A DNA stretch of 64,000 nucleotides from Tubulanus polymorphus (taxonomy: Eukaryota > Animalia > Nemertea): NCBI RefSeq assembly GCF_964204645.1, contig NW_027437435.1:1-64000 (forward strand), read 5' to 3'. Positions within the stretch are counted from its first letter, which is position 1; every line of letters starts with the position of its first letter. The notes beneath the pieces were generated by a model, which made no database searches, had not been told where the DNA came from, and saw only the letters and a list, made by a program, of their open reading frames with translations. Shown one piece after another: positions 23,301-38,300 of this stretch. The translations under genes and the position numbers were made by a program.

Positions 23301-26300
23301 CGAATATTCCCCCTATCGGTAAAACGACAATGTCGATGCGTAAAAGCGCTCAAATCGTCAGGAAAAGCACTTTTCGACGCGAAAACGTCGTTCGGCGCGA
23401 GAAAAGACCTTTTCGTATCGAATATTCCCCCTATCGGAAAAACGACAATGTCGATGCGTAAAAGCGCTCAAATCGTCAGGAAAAGCACTTTTCGACGCGA
23501 AAACGTCGTTCAGCGCGAGAAAAGACGTTTTCGTATCGAATATTCTTCCTATCGGTAAAACGACAATGTCGATGCGTAAAAGCGCTCAAATCGTCAGGAA
23601 AAGCACTTTTCGACGCGAAAACGTCGTTCAGCGCGAGAAAAGACGTTTTCGTGTCGAATATTCTCCCTATCGGAAAAACGACAATGTCGATGCGTAAAAG
23701 CGCTCAAATCGTCAGGAAAAGCACTTTTCGACGCGAAAACGTCGTTCAGCGCGAGAAAAGACGTTTTTTGTCGAATATTCTCCCTATCGGTAAAACGACA
23801 ATGTCGATGCGTAAAAGCGTTCAAATCGTCAGGAAAAGCACTTTTCGACGCGAAAACGTCGTTCAGCGCGAGAAAAGACGTTTTCGTATCGAATATTCGC
23901 CCTATCGTAAAAACTACAATGCCGATGCGTAAAAGCGCTCAAATCGTCAGGAAAAGCACTTTTCGACGCGAAAATGTCGTTCAGCGTTCGTATCGAATAT
24001 TCTCACTGTCGTTATTCGTATCGAATATTCCCCCTATCGGAAAAACAACAATGTCGATGCGTAAAAGCGCTCAAATCGTCAGGAAGAGCACTTTTCGACG
24101 CGAAAACGTCGCTCAGCGCGAGAAAAGACGTTTTCGTATCGAATATTCCCCCTATCGGAAAAACGACAATGTCGATGCGTAAAAGCGCTCAAATCGTCAG
24201 GAAAAGCACTTTTCGACGCGAAAACGTAGTTCAGCGCGAGAAAAGACGTTTTCGCGTCGAATATTCCCCCTATCGGAAAAACGACAATGCCGATGCGTAA
24301 AAGCGCTCAAATCGTCAGGAAAAGCACTTTTCGACGCGAAAACGTAGTTCAGCGCGAGAAAAGACGTTTTCTTTTCGAATATTCCCCCTATCGGAAAAAC
24401 GACAATGCCGATGCGTAAAAGCGCTCAAATCGTCAGGAAAAGCACTTTTCGACGCGAAAACGTCGCTCAGCGCGAGAAAAGACGTTTTCGTATCGAATAT
24501 TCCCCCTATCGGAAAAACGACAATGTCGATGCGTAAAAGCGCTCAAATCGTCAGGAAAAGCACTTTTCGACGCGAAAACGTCGTTCAGCGCGAGAAAAGA
24601 CGTTTTCGTATCGAATATTCTCACTATCGGTAAAACGACAATGTCGATGCGTAAAAGCGCTCAAATCGTCAGGAAAAGCACTTTTCGACGCGAAAACGTC
24701 GCTCAGCGCGAGAAAAGACGTTTTCGTATCGAATATTCGCCCTATCGTAAAAACGACAATGCCGATGCGTAAAAGGGCTCAAATCGTCAGGAAAAGCACT
24801 TTTCGACGCGAAAACGTAGTTCAGCGCGAGAAAAGACGTTTTCGCGTCGAATATTCCCCTATCGGAAAAACGACAATGCCGATGCGTAAAAGCGCTCAAA
24901 TCGTCAGGAAAAGCACTTTTCGACGCGAAAACGTAGTTCAGCGCGAGAAAAGACGTTTTCTTTTCGAATATTCCCCCTATCGGAAAAACGACAATGCCGA
25001 TGCGTAAAAGCGCTCAAATCGTCAGGAAAAGCACTTTTCGACGCGAAAACGTCGCTCAGCGCGAGAAAAGACGTTTTCGTATCGAATATTCCCCCTATCG
25101 GAAAAACGACAATGTCGATGCGTAAAAGCGCTCAAATCGTCAGGAAAAGCACTTTTCGACGCGAAAACGTCGTTCAGCGCGAGAAAAGACGTTTTCGTAT
25201 CGAATATTCTCACTATCGGTAAAACGACAATGTCGATGCGTAAAAGCGCTCAAATCGTCAGGAAAAGCACTTTTCGACGCGAAAACGTCGCTCAGCGCGA
25301 GAAAAGACGTTTTCGTATCGAATATTCGCCCTATCGTAAAAACGACAATGCCGATGCGTAAAAGGGCTCAAATCGTCAGGAAAAGCACTTTTCGACGCGA
25401 AAACGTCGTTCAGCGCGAGAAAAGACGTTTTCGTATCGAATATTCCCCCTATCGGAAAAACAAGAATGTCGATGCGTAAAAGCGCTCAAATCGTCAGGAA
25501 AAGCACTTTTCGACGCGGAAAACGTCGTTCAGCGCGAGAAAAGACGTTTTCGTATCGAATATTCTCACTATCGGTAAAACGACAATGTCGATGCGTAAAA
25601 GCGCTCAAATCGTCAGGAAAAGCACTTTTCGACGCGAAAACGTCGCTCAGCGCGAGAAAAGACGTTTTCTTATCGAATATTCCCCCTATCGGAAAAAACG
25701 ACAATGCCGATGCGTAAAAGCGCTCAAATCGTCTGGAAAAGCACTTTTCGACGCGAAAACGTCGTTCAGCGCGAGAAAAGACGTTTTCGTATCGAATATT
25801 CTCCCTATCGGTAAAACGACAATGTCGATGCGTAAAAGCGCTCAAATCGTCAGGAAAAGCACTTTTCGACGCGAAAACGTCGCTCAGCGCGAGAAAAGAC
25901 GTTTTCTTTTCGAATATTCCCCCTATCGGAAAAACGACAATGTCGATGCGTAAAAGCGCTCAAATCGTCTGGAAAAGCACTTTTCGACGCGAAAACGTCG
26001 CTCAGCGCGAGAAAAGACGTTTTCTTTTCGAATATTCCCCCTATCGGAAAAACGACAATGTCGATGCGTAAAAGCGCTCAAATCGTCAGGAAAAGCACTT
26101 TTCGACGCGAAAACGTCGTTCAGCGCGAGAAAAGACGTTTTCTTATCGAATATTCCCCTATCGGAAAAACGACAATGCCGATGCGTAAAGCGCTCAAATC
26201 GTCAGGAAAAGCACTTTTCGACGCGAAAATGTCGTTCAGCGCGAGAAAAGACGTTTTCGTATCGAATATTCCCCCTATCGGAAAAACGACAATGCCGATG

Positions 26301-29300
26301 CGTAAAATCGCTCAAATCGTCAGGAAAAGCACTTTTCGACGCGAAAACGTCGTTCAGAGCGAGAAAAGACGTTTTCGTGTCGAATATTCTCCCTATCGGT
26401 AAAACGACAATGTCGATGCGTAAAAGCGCTCAAATCGTCAGGAAAAGCACTTTTCGACGCGAAAACGTCGTTCAGAGCGAGAAAAGACGTTTTCGTATCG
26501 AATATTCTCCCTATCGGAAAAACGACAATGTCGATGCGTAAAAGCGCTCAAATCGTCAGGAAAAGCACTTTTCGACGCGAAAACGTAGTTCAGCGCGAGA
26601 AAAGACGTTTTCTTATCGAATATTCGCCCTATCGTAAAAACTACAATGCCGATGCGTAAAAGCGCTCAAATCGTCAGGAAAAGCACTTTTCGACGCGAAA
26701 ATGTCGTTCAGCGTTCGTATCGAATATTCTCACTGTCGTTATTCGTATCGAATATTCCCCCTATCGGAAAAACAACAATGTCGATGCGTAAAAGCGCTCA
26801 AATCGTCAGGAAGAGCACTTTTCGACGCGAAAACGTCGCTCAGCGCGAGAAAAGACGTTTTCGTATCGAATATTCCCCCTATCGGAAAAACGACAATGTC
26901 GATGCGTAAAAGCGCTCAAATCGTCAGGAAAAGCACTTTTCGACGCGAAAACGTAGTTCAGCGCGAGAAAAGACGTTTTCGCGTCGAATATTCCCCCTAT
27001 CGGAAAAACGACAATGCTGCGTAAAAGCGCTCAAATCGTCAGGAAAAGCACTTTTCGACGCGAAAACGTAGTTCAGCGCGAGAAAAGACGTTTTCTTTTC
27101 GAATATTCCCCCTATCGGAAAAACGACAATGCCGATGCGTAAAAGCGCTCAAATCGTCAGGAAAAGCACTTTTCGACGCGAAAACGTCGCTCAGCGCGAG
27201 AAAAGACGTTTTCGTATCGAATATTCCCCCTATCGGAAAAACGACAATGTCGATGCGTAAAAGCGCTCAAATCGTCAGGAAAAGCACTTTTCGACGCGAA
27301 AACGTCGTTCAGCGCGAGAAAAGACGTTTTCGTATCGAATATTCTCACTATCGGTAAAACGACAATGTCGATGCGTAAAAGCGCTCAAATCGTCAGGAAA
27401 AGCACTTTTCGACGCGAAAACGTCGCTCAGCGCGAGAAAAGACGTTTTCGTATCGAATATTCGCCCTATCGTAAAAACGACAATGCCGATGCGTAAAAGG
27501 GCTCAAATCGTCAGGAAAAGCACTTTTCGACGCGAAAACGTAGTTCAGCGCGAGAAAAGACGTTTTCGCGTCGAATATTCCCCCTATCGGAAAAACGACA
27601 ATGCCGATGCGTAAAAGCGCTCAAATCGTCAGGAAAAGCACTTTTCGACGCGAAAACGTAGTTCAGCGCGAGAAAAGACGTTTTCTTTTCGAATATTCCC
27701 CCTATCGGAAAAACGACAATGCCGATGCGTAAAAGCGCTCAAATCGTCAGGAAAAGCACTTTTCGACGCGAAAACGTCGCTCAGCGCGAGAAAAGACGTT
27801 TTCGTATCGAATATTCCCCCTATCGGAAAAACGACAATGTCGATGCGTAAAAGCGCTCAAATCGTCAGGAAAAGCACTTTTCGACGCGAAAACGTCGTTC
27901 AGCGCGAGAAAAGACGTTTTCGTATCGAATATTCTCACTATCGGTAAAACGACAATGTCGATGCGTAAAAGCGCTCAAATCGTCAGGAAAAGCACTTTTC
28001 GACGCGAAAACGTCGCTCAGCGCGAGAAAAGACGTTTTCGTATCGAATATTCGCCCTATCGTAAAAACGACAATGCCGATGCGTAAAAGGGCTCAAATCG
28101 TCAGGAAAAGCACTTTTCGACGCGAAAACGTCGTTCAGCGCGAGAAAAGACGTTTTCGTATCGAATATTCCCCCTATCGGAAAAACAAGAATGTCGATGC
28201 GTAAAAGCGCTCAAATCGTCAGGAAAAGCACTTTTCGACGCGAAAACGTCGTTCAGCGCGAGAAAAGACGTTTTCGTATCGAATATTCTCACTATCGGTA
28301 AAACGACAATGTCGATGCGTAAAAGCGCTCAAATCGTCAGGAAAAGCACTTTTCGACGCGAAAACGTCGCTCAGCGCGAGAAAAGACGTTTTCTTATCGA
28401 ATATTCCCCCTATCGGAAAAACGACAATGCCGATGCGTAAAAGCGCTCAAATCGTCTGGAAAAGCACTTTTCGACGCGAAAACGTCGTTCAGCGCGAGAA
28501 AAGACGTTTTCGTATCGAATATTCTCCCTATCGGTTAAAACGACAATGTCGATGCGTAAAAGCGCTCAAATCGTCAGGAAAAGCACTTTTCGACGCGAAA
28601 ACGTCGCTCAGCGCGAGAAAAGACGTTTTCTTTTCGAATATTCCCCCTATCGGAAAAACGACAATGTCGATGCGTAAAAGCGCTCAAATCGTCTGGAAAA
28701 GCACTTTTCGACGCGAAAACGTCGCTCAGCGCGAGAAAAGACGTTTTCTTTTCGAATATTCCCCCTATCGGAAAAACGACAATGTCGATGCGTAAAAGCG
28801 CTCAAATCGTCAGGAAAAGCACTTTTCGACGCGAAAACGTCGTTCAGCGCGAGAAAAGACGTTTTCTTATCGAATATTCCCCCTATCGGAAAAACGACAA
28901 TGCCGATGCGTAAAAGCGCTCAAATCGTCAGGAAAAGCACTTTTCGACGCGAAAATGTCGTTCAGCGCGAGAAAAGACGTTTTCGTATCGAATATTCCCC
29001 CTATCGGAAAAACGACAATGCCGATGCGTAAAATCGCTCAAATCGTCAGGAAAAGCACTTTTCGACGCGAAAACGTCGTTCAGAGCGAGAAAAGACGTTT
29101 TCGTGTCGAATATTCTCCCTATCGGTAAAACGACAATGTCGATGCGTAAAAGCGCTCAAATCGTCAGGAAAAGCACTTTTCGACGCGAAAACGTCGTTCA
29201 GAGCGAGAAAAGACGTTTTCGTATCGAATATTCTCCCTATCGGAAAAACGACAATGTCGATGCGTAAAAGCGCTCAAATCGTCAGGAAAAGCACTTTTCG

Positions 29301-32300
29301 ACGCGAAAACGTAGTTCAGCGCAAGAAAAGACGTTTTCTTGACGAATATTCCCCCTATCGGGAAAACGACAATGCCGATGCGTAAAAGCGCTCAAATCGT
29401 CAGGAAAAGCACTTTTCGACGCGAAAACGTCGTTCAGCGCGAGAAAGAGGTTTTCGTATCGAATATTCCCCCTATCGGAAAAACGACAATGCCGATGCGT
29501 AAAAGCGCTCAAATCGTCAGGAAAAGCACTTTTCGACGCGAAAACGTCGCTCAGCGCGAGAAAAGACGTTTTCGTATCGAATATTCCCCCTATCGGAAAA
29601 ACGACAATGTCGATGCGTAAAAGCGCTCAAATCGTCAGGAAAAGCACTTTTCGACGCGAAAACGTCGTTCAGCGCGAGAAAAGACGTTTTCGTATCGAAT
29701 ATTCTCACTATCGGTAAAACGACAATGTCGATGCGTAAAAGCGCTCAAATCGTCAGGAAAAGCACTTTTCGACGCGAAAACGTCGCTCAGCGCGAGAAAA
29801 GACGTTTTCGTATCGAATATTCGCCCTATCGTAAAAACGACAATGCCGATGCGTAAAAGGGCTCAAATCGTCAGGAAAAGCACTTTTCGACGCGAAAACG
29901 TCGTTCAGCGCGAGAAAAGACGTTTTCGTATCGAATATTCCCCCTATCGGAAAAACAAGAATGTCGATGCGTAAAAGCGCTCAAATCGTCAGGAAAAGCA
30001 CTTTTCGACGCGAAAACGTCGTTCAGCGCGAGAAAAGACGTTTTCGTATCGAATATTCTCACTATCGGTAAAACGACAATGTCGATGCGTAAAAGCGCTC
30101 AAATCGTCAGGAAAAGCACTTTTCGACGCGAAAACGTCGCTCAGCGCGAGAAAGACGTTTTCTTATCGAATATTCCCCCTATCGGAAAAACGACAATGCC
30201 GATGCGTAAAAGCGCTCAAATCGTCTGGAAAAGCACTTTTCGACGCGAAAACGTCGTTCAGCGCGAGAAAAGACGTTTTCGTATCGAATATTCTCCCTAT
30301 CGGTAAAACGACAATGTCGATGCGTAAAAGCGCTCAAATCGTCAGGAAAAGCACTTTTCGACGCGAAAACGTCGCTCAGCGCGAGAAAAGACGTTTTCTT
30401 TTCGAATATTCCCCCTATCGGAAAAACGACAATGTCGATGCGTAAAAGCGCTCAAATCGTCTGGAAAAGCACTTTTCGACGCGAAAACGTCGCTCAGCGC
30501 GAGAAAGACGTTTTCTTTTCGAATATTCCCCCTATCGGAAAAACGACAATGTCGATGCGTAAAAGCGCTCAAATCGTCAGGAAAAGCACTTTTCGACGCG
30601 AAAACGTCGTTCAGCGCGAGAAAAGACGTTTTCTTATCGAATATTCCCCCTATCGGAAAAACGACAATGCCGATGCGTAAAAGCGCTCAAATCGTCAGGA
30701 AAAGCACTTTTCGACGCGAAAATGTCGTTCAGCGCGAGAAAAGACGTTTTCGTGTCGAATATTCTCCCTATCGGTAAAACGACAATGTCGATGCGTAAAA
30801 GCGCTCAAATCGTCAGGAAAAGCACTTTTCGACGCGAAAACGTCGTTCAGCGCGAGAAAAGACGTTTTCGTATCGAATATTCTCCCTATCGGAAAAACGA
30901 CAATGTCGATGCGTAAAAGCGCTCAAATCGTCAGGAAAAGCACTTTTCGACGCGAAAACGTAGTTCAGCGCAAGAAAAGACGTTTTCTTGACGAATATTC
31001 CCCCTATCGGGAAAACGACAATGCCGATGCGTAAAAGCGCTCAAATCGTCAGGAAAAGCACTTTTCGACGCGAAAACGTCGTTCAGCGCGAGAAAGAGGT
31101 TTTCGTATCGAATATTCCCCCTATCGGAAAAACGACAATGCCGATGCGTAAAAGCGCTCAAATCGTCAGGAAAAGCACTTTTCGACCCGAAAACGTCATT
31201 CAGCGCGAGAAAAGACCTTTTCGTATCGAATATTCTCACTATCGGTAAAACGACAATGTCGATGCGTAAAAGCGCTCAAATCGTCAGGAAAAGCACTTTT
31301 CGACGCGAAAACGTCGCTCAGCGCGAGAAAAGACGTTTTCTTTTCGAATATTCCCCCTATCGGAAAAACGACAATGCCGATGCGTAAAAGCGCTCAAATC
31401 GTCTGGAAAAGCACTTTTCGACGCGAAAACGTCGTTCAGCGCGAGAAAAGACGTTTTCGTATCGAATATTCTCACTATCGGTAAAACGACAATGTCGATG
31501 CGTAAAAGCGCTCAAATCGTCAGGAAAAGCACTTTTCGACGTGAAAACGTCGCTCAGCGCGAGAAAAGACGTTTTCTTTTCGAATATTCTCACTATCGGT
31601 AAAACGACAATGTCGATTCGTAAAAGCGCTCAAATCGTCAGGAAAAGCACTTTTCGACGCGAAAACGTCGCTCAGCGCGAGAAAAGACGTTTTCTTTTCG
31701 AATATTCCCCCTATCGGAAAAACGACAATGTCGATGCGTAAAAGCGCTCAAATCGTCAGGAAAAGTACTTTTCGACGCGAAAACGTCGTTCAGCGCGAGA
31801 AAAGACGTTTTCTTATCGAATATTCCCCCTATCGGAAAAACGACAATGCCGATGCGTAAAAGCGCTCAAATCGTCAGGAAAAGCACTTTTCGACGCGAAA
31901 ACGTCGTTCAGAGCGAGAAAAGACGTTTTCGTGTCGAATATTCTCCCTATCGGTAAAACGACAATGTCGATGCGTAAAAGCGCTCAAATCGTCAGGAAAA
32001 GCACTTTTCGACGCGAAAACGTCGTTCAGCGCGAGAAAAGACGTTTTCGTGTCGAATATTCTTCCTATCGGTAAAACGACAATGTCGATGCGTAAAAGCG
32101 CTCAAATCGTCAGGAAAAGCACTTTTCGACGCGAAAACGTCGTTCAGCGCGAGAAAAGACGTTTTCGTGTCGAATATTCTCCCTATCGGAAAAACGACAA
32201 TGTCGATGCGTAAAAGCGCTCAAATCGTCAGGAAAAGCACTTTTCGACGCGAAAACGTCGTTCAGCGCGAGAAAAGACGTTTTTTGTCGAATATTCTCCC

Positions 32301-35300
32301 TATCGGTAAAACGACAATGTCGATGCGTAAAAGCGTTCAAATCGTCAGGAAAAGCACTTTTCGACGCGAAAACGTCGTTCAGCGCGAGAAAAGACGTTTT
32401 CGTATCGAATATTCGCCCTATCGTAAAAACTACAATGCCGATGCGTAAAAGCGCTCAAATCGTCAGGAAAAGCACTTTTCGACGCGAAAATGTCGTTCAG
32501 CGTTCGTATCGAATATTCTCACTGTCGTTATTCGTATCGAATATTCCCCCTATCGGAAAAACAACAATGTCGATGCGTAAAAGCGCTCAAATCGTCAGGA
32601 AGAGCACTTTTCGACGCGAAAACGTCGCTCAGCGCGAGAAAAGACGTTTTCGTATCGAATATTCCCCCTATCGGAAAAACGACAATGTCGATGCGTAAAA
32701 GCGCTCAAATCGTCAGGAAAAGCACTTTTCGACGCGAAAACGTAGTTCAGCGCGAGAAAAGACGTTTTCGCGTCGAATATTCCCCCTATCGGAAAAACGA
32801 CAATGCCGATGCGTAAAAGCGCTCAAATCGTCAGGAAAAGCACTTTTCGACGCGAAAACGTAGTTCAGCGCGAGAAAAGACGTTTTCTTTTCGAATATTC
32901 CCCCTATCGGAAAAACGACAATGCCGATGCGTAAAAGCGCTCAAATCGTCAGGAAAAGCACTTTTCGACGCGAAAACGTCGCTCAGCGCGAGAAAAGACG
33001 TTTTCGTATCGAATATTCCCCCTATCGGAAAAACGACAATGTCGATGCGTAAAAGCGCTCAAATCGTCAGGAAAAGCACTTTTCGACGCGAAAACGTCGT
33101 TCAGCGCGAGAAAAGACGTTTTCGTATCGAATATTCTCACTATCGGTAAAACGACAATGTCGATGCGTAAAAGCGCTCAAATCGTCAGGAAAAGCACTTT
33201 TCGACGCGAAAACGTCGCTCAGCGCGAGAAAAGACGTTTTCGTATCGAATATTCGCCCTATCGTAAAAACGACAATGCCGATGCGTAAAAGGGCTCAAAT
33301 CGTCAGGAAAAGCACTTTTCGACGCGAAAACGTAGTTCAGCGCGAGAAAAGACGTTTTCGCGTCGAATATTCCCCCTATCGGAAAAACGACAATGCCGAT
33401 GCGTAAAAGCGCTCAAATCGTCAGGAAAAGCACTTTTCGACGCGAAAACGTAGTTCAGCGCGAGAAAAGACGTTTTCTTTTCGAATATTCCCCCTATCGG
33501 AAAAACGACAATGCCGATGCGTAAAAGCGCTCAAATCGTCAGGAAAAGCACTTTTCGACGCGAAAACGTCGCTCAGCGCGAGAAAAGACGTTTTCGTATC
33601 GAATATTCCCCCTATCGGAAAAACGACAATGTCGATGCGTAAAAGCGCTCAAATCGTCAGGAAAAGCACTTTTCGACGCGAAAACGTCGTTCAGCGCGAG
33701 AAAAGACGTTTTCGTATCGAATATTCTCACTATCGGTAAAACGACAATGTCGATGCGTAAAAGCGCTCAAATCGTCAGGAAAAGCACTTTTCGACGCGAA
33801 AACGTCGCTCAGCGCGAGAAAAGACGTTTTCGTATCGAATATTCCCCCTATCGGAAAAACGACAATGTCGATGCGTAAAAGCGCTCAAATCGTCAGGAAA
33901 AGCACTTTTCGACGCGAAAACGTCGTTCAGCGCGAGAAAAGACGTTTTCGTATCGAATATTCTCACTATCGGTAAAACGACAATGTCGATGCGTAAAAGC
34001 GCTCAAATCGTCAGGAAAAGCACTTTTCGACGCGAAAACGTCGCTCAGCGCGAGAAAAGACGTTTTCGTATCGAATATTCGCCCTATCGTAAAAACGACA
34101 ATGCCGATGCGTAAAAGGGCTCAAATCGTCAGGAAAAGCACTTTTCGACGCGAAAACGTCGTTCAGCGCGAGAAAAGACGTTTTCGTATCGAATATTCCC
34201 CCTATCGGAAAAACAAGAATGTCGATGCGTAAAAGCGCTCAAATCATCAGGAAAAGCACTTTTCGACGCGAAAACGTCGTTCAGCGGGAGAAAAGACGTT
34301 TTCGTATCGAATATTCCCCCTATCAGAAAAGCGACAATGTCGATGCGTAAAAGCGCTCAAATCGTCAGGAAAAGCACTTTTCGACGCGAAAACGTCGTTC
34401 AGCGCGAGAAAAGACGTTTTCGTATTGAATATTCTCCCTATCGGAAAAACGACAATGTCGATGCGTAAAAGCGCTCAAATCGTCAGGAAAAGCACTTTTC
34501 GACGCGAAAACGTAATTCAGCGCGAGAAAAGACGTTTTCTTATCGAATATTCCCCCTATCGGAAAAACGACAATGTCGATGCGTAAAAGCGCTCAAATCG
34601 TCAGGAAAAGCACTTTTCGACGCGAAAACGTCGCTCAGCGCGAGAAAAGACGTTTTCGTATCGAATATTCGCCCTATCGTAAAAACGACAATGCCGATGC
34701 GTAAAAGGGCTCAAATCGTCAGGAAAAGCACTTTTCGACGCGAAAACGTCGTTCAGCGCGAGAAAAGACGTTTTCGTATCGAATATTCCCCCTATCGGAA
34801 AAACAACAATGTCGATGCGTAAAAGCGCTCAAATCATCAGGAAAAGCACTTTTCGACGCGAAAACGTCGCTCAGCGCGAGAAAAGACGTTTTCGTATCGA
34901 ATATTCCCCCTATCAGAAAAACGACAATGTGGATGCGTAAAAGCGCTCAAATCGTCAGGAAAAGCACTTTTCGACGCGAAAACGTCGTTCAGCGCGAGAA
35001 AAGACGTTTTCGTATCGAATATTCTCCCTATCGGAAAAACGACAATGTCGATGCGTAAAAGCGCTCAAATCGTCAGGAAAAGCACTTTTCGACGCGAAAA
35101 CGTAGTTCAGCGCGAGAAAAGACGTTTTCTTATCGAATATTCCCCCTATCGGAAAAACGACAATGTCGATGCGTAAAAGCGCTCAAATCGTCAGGAAAAG
35201 CACTTTTCGACGCGAAAACGTCGCTCAGCGCGAGAAAAGACGTTTTCGTATCGAATATTCGCCCTATCGTAAAAACGACAATGCCGATGCGTAAAAGCGC

Positions 35301-38300
35301 TCAAATCGAGGAAAAGCACTTTTCGACGCGAAAACGTCGTTCAGCGCGAGAAAAGTCGTTTTCGTATCGAATATTCTCACTATCGGAAAAACAACAATGT
35401 CGATGCGTAAAAGCGCTCAAATCATAAGGAAAAGCACTTTTCGACGCGAAAACGTCGTTCAGCGCGAGAAAAGTCGTTTTCGTATCGAATATTCTCACTA
35501 TCGGTAAAACGACAATGTCGATGCGTAAAAGCGCTCAAATCGTCAGGAAAAGCACTTTTCGACGCGAAAACGTCGTTCAGCGCGAGAAAAGTCGTTTTCG
35601 TATCGAATATTCTCACTATCGGTAAAACGACAATGTCGATGCGTAAAAGCGCTCAAATCGTCAGGAAAAGCACTTTTCGACGCGAAAACGTCGTTCAGCG
35701 CGAGAAAAGACGTTTTCGTGTCGAATATTCTCCCTATCGGAAAAACAACAATGTCGATGCGTAAAAGCGCTCAAATCGTCAGGAAAAGCACTTTTCGACG
35801 CGAAAACGTAGTTCAGCGCGAGAAAAGACGTTTTCTTATCGTTTATTCCCCATATCGGAAAAACAACAATGTCGATGCGTAAAAGCGCTCAAATCATAAG
35901 GAAAAGCACTTTTCGACGCGAAAACGTCGCTCAGCGCGAGAAAAGTCGTTTTCGTATCGAATATTCTCACTATCGGTAAAACGACAATGCCGATGCGTAA
36001 AAGCGCTCAAATCGTCGGGAAAAGCACTTTTCGACGCGAAAACGTCGTTCAGCGCGAGAAAAGTCGTTTTCGTATCGAATATTCTCACTATCGGTAAAAC
36101 GACAATGTCGATGCGTAAAAGCGCTCAAATCGTCAGGAAAAGCACTTTTCGACGCGAAAACGTAGTTCAGCGCGAGAAAAGACGTTTTCTTATCGAATAT
36201 TCCCCCTATCGGAAAAACGACAATGTCGATGCGTAAAAGCGCTCAAATCGTCAGGAAAAGCATTTTTCGACGCGAAAACGTCGTTCAGCGCGAGAAAAGA
36301 CGTTTTCGTATCGAATATTCTCCCTATCGGAAAAACGACAATGTCGATGCGTAAAAGCGCTCAAATCGTCAGGAAAAGCACTTTTCGACGCGAAAACGTC
36401 GCTCAGCGCGAGATAAGACGTTTTCGTATCGAATATTCCCCCTATCGGAAAAACGACAATGTCGATGCGTAAAAGCGCTCAAATCGTCAGGAAAAGCACT
36501 TTTCGACGCGAAAACGTCGTTCAGCGCGAGAAAAGACCTTTTCGTATCGAATGTTCGCCCTATCGTAAAAACGACAATGCCGATGCGTAAAAGCGCTCAA
36601 ATCGTCAGGAAAAGCACTTTTCGACGCGAAAACGTCGTTCAGCACGAGAAAAGACGTTTTCTTATCGTATATTCCCCCTATCGGAAAAACAACAATGTCG
36701 ATGCGTAAAAGCGCTCAAATCATAAGGAAAAGCACTTTTCGACGCGAAAACGTCGTTCAGCGCGAGAAAAGACGTTTTCTTATCGTATATTCCCCCTATC
36801 GGAAAAACGACAATGTCGATGCGTAAAAGCGCTCAAATCGTCAGGAAAAGCACTTTTCGACGCGAAAACGTCGTTCAGCGCGAGAAAAGACGTTTTCGTA
36901 TTGAATATTCTCCCTATCGGAAAAACGACAATGTCGATGCGTAAAAGCGCTCAAATCGTCAGGAAAAGCACTTTTCGACGCGACAACGTAGTTCAGCGCG
37001 AGAAAAGACGTTTTCTTATCGAATATTCCCCCTATCGGAAAAACGACAATGTCGATGCGTAAAAGCGCTCAAATCGTCAGGAAAAGCACTTTTCGACGCG
37101 AAAACGTCGCTCAGCGCGAGAAAAGACGTTTTCGTATCGAATATTCGCCCTATCGTAAAAACGACAATGCCGATGCGTAAAAGCGCTCAAATCGTCAGGA
37201 AAAGCACTTTTCGACGCGAAAACGTCGTTCAGCACGAGAAAAGACGTTTTCTTATCGAATATTCCCCCTATCGGAAAAACAACAATGTCGATGCGTAAAA
37301 GCGCTCAAATCATAAGGAAAAGCACTTTTCGACGCGAAAACGTCGCTCAGCGCGAGAAAAGACGTTTTCGTATCGAATATCGGAAAAACGACAATGTCGA
37401 TGCGTAAAAGCGCTCAAATCGTAAGGAAAAGCACTTTTCGACCCGAAAACGTAGTTCAGCGCGAGAAAAGACGTTTTCGTATCGAATATTCTCCCTATCG
37501 GAAAAACGACAATGTCGATGCGTAAAAGCGCTCAAATCGTCAGGAAAAGCACTTTTCGACGCGAAAACGTCGTTCAGCGCGAGAAAAGACGTTTTCGTGT
37601 CGAATATTCTCCCTATCGGTAAAACGACAATGTCGATGCGTAAAAGCGCTCAAATCGTCAGGAAAAGCACTTTTCGACGCGAAAACGTAGTTCAGCGCGA
37701 GAAAAGACGTTTTCTTATCGAATATTCCCCCTATCGGAAAAACGACAATGTCGATGCGTAAAAGCGCTCAAATCGTCAGGAAAAGCACTTTTCGACGCGA
37801 AAACGTCGTTCAGCGGGAGAAAAGACGTTTTCGTATCGAATATTCTCACTATCGGTAAAACGACAATGTCGATGCGTAAAAGCGCTCAAATCGTCAGGAA
37901 AAGCACTTTTCGACGCGAAAACGTCGCTCAGCGCGAGAAAAGACGTTTTCGTATCGAATATTCCCCCTATCGGTAAAACGACAATGTCGATGCGTAAAAG
38001 CGCTCAAATCGTCAGGAAAAGCACTTTTCGACGCGAAAACGTCGTTCGGCGCGAGAAAAGACCTTTTCGTATCGAATATTCCCCCTATCGGAAAAACGAC
38101 AATGTCGATGCGTAAAAGCGCTCAAATCGTCAGGAAAAGCACTTTTCGACGCGAAAACGTCGTTCAGCGCGAGAAAAGACGTTTTCGTATCGAATATTCT
38201 TCCTATCGGTAAAACGACAATGTCGATGCGTAAAAGCGCTCAAATCGTCAGGAAAAGCACTTTTCGACGCGAAAACGTCGTTCAGCGCGAGAAAAGACGT

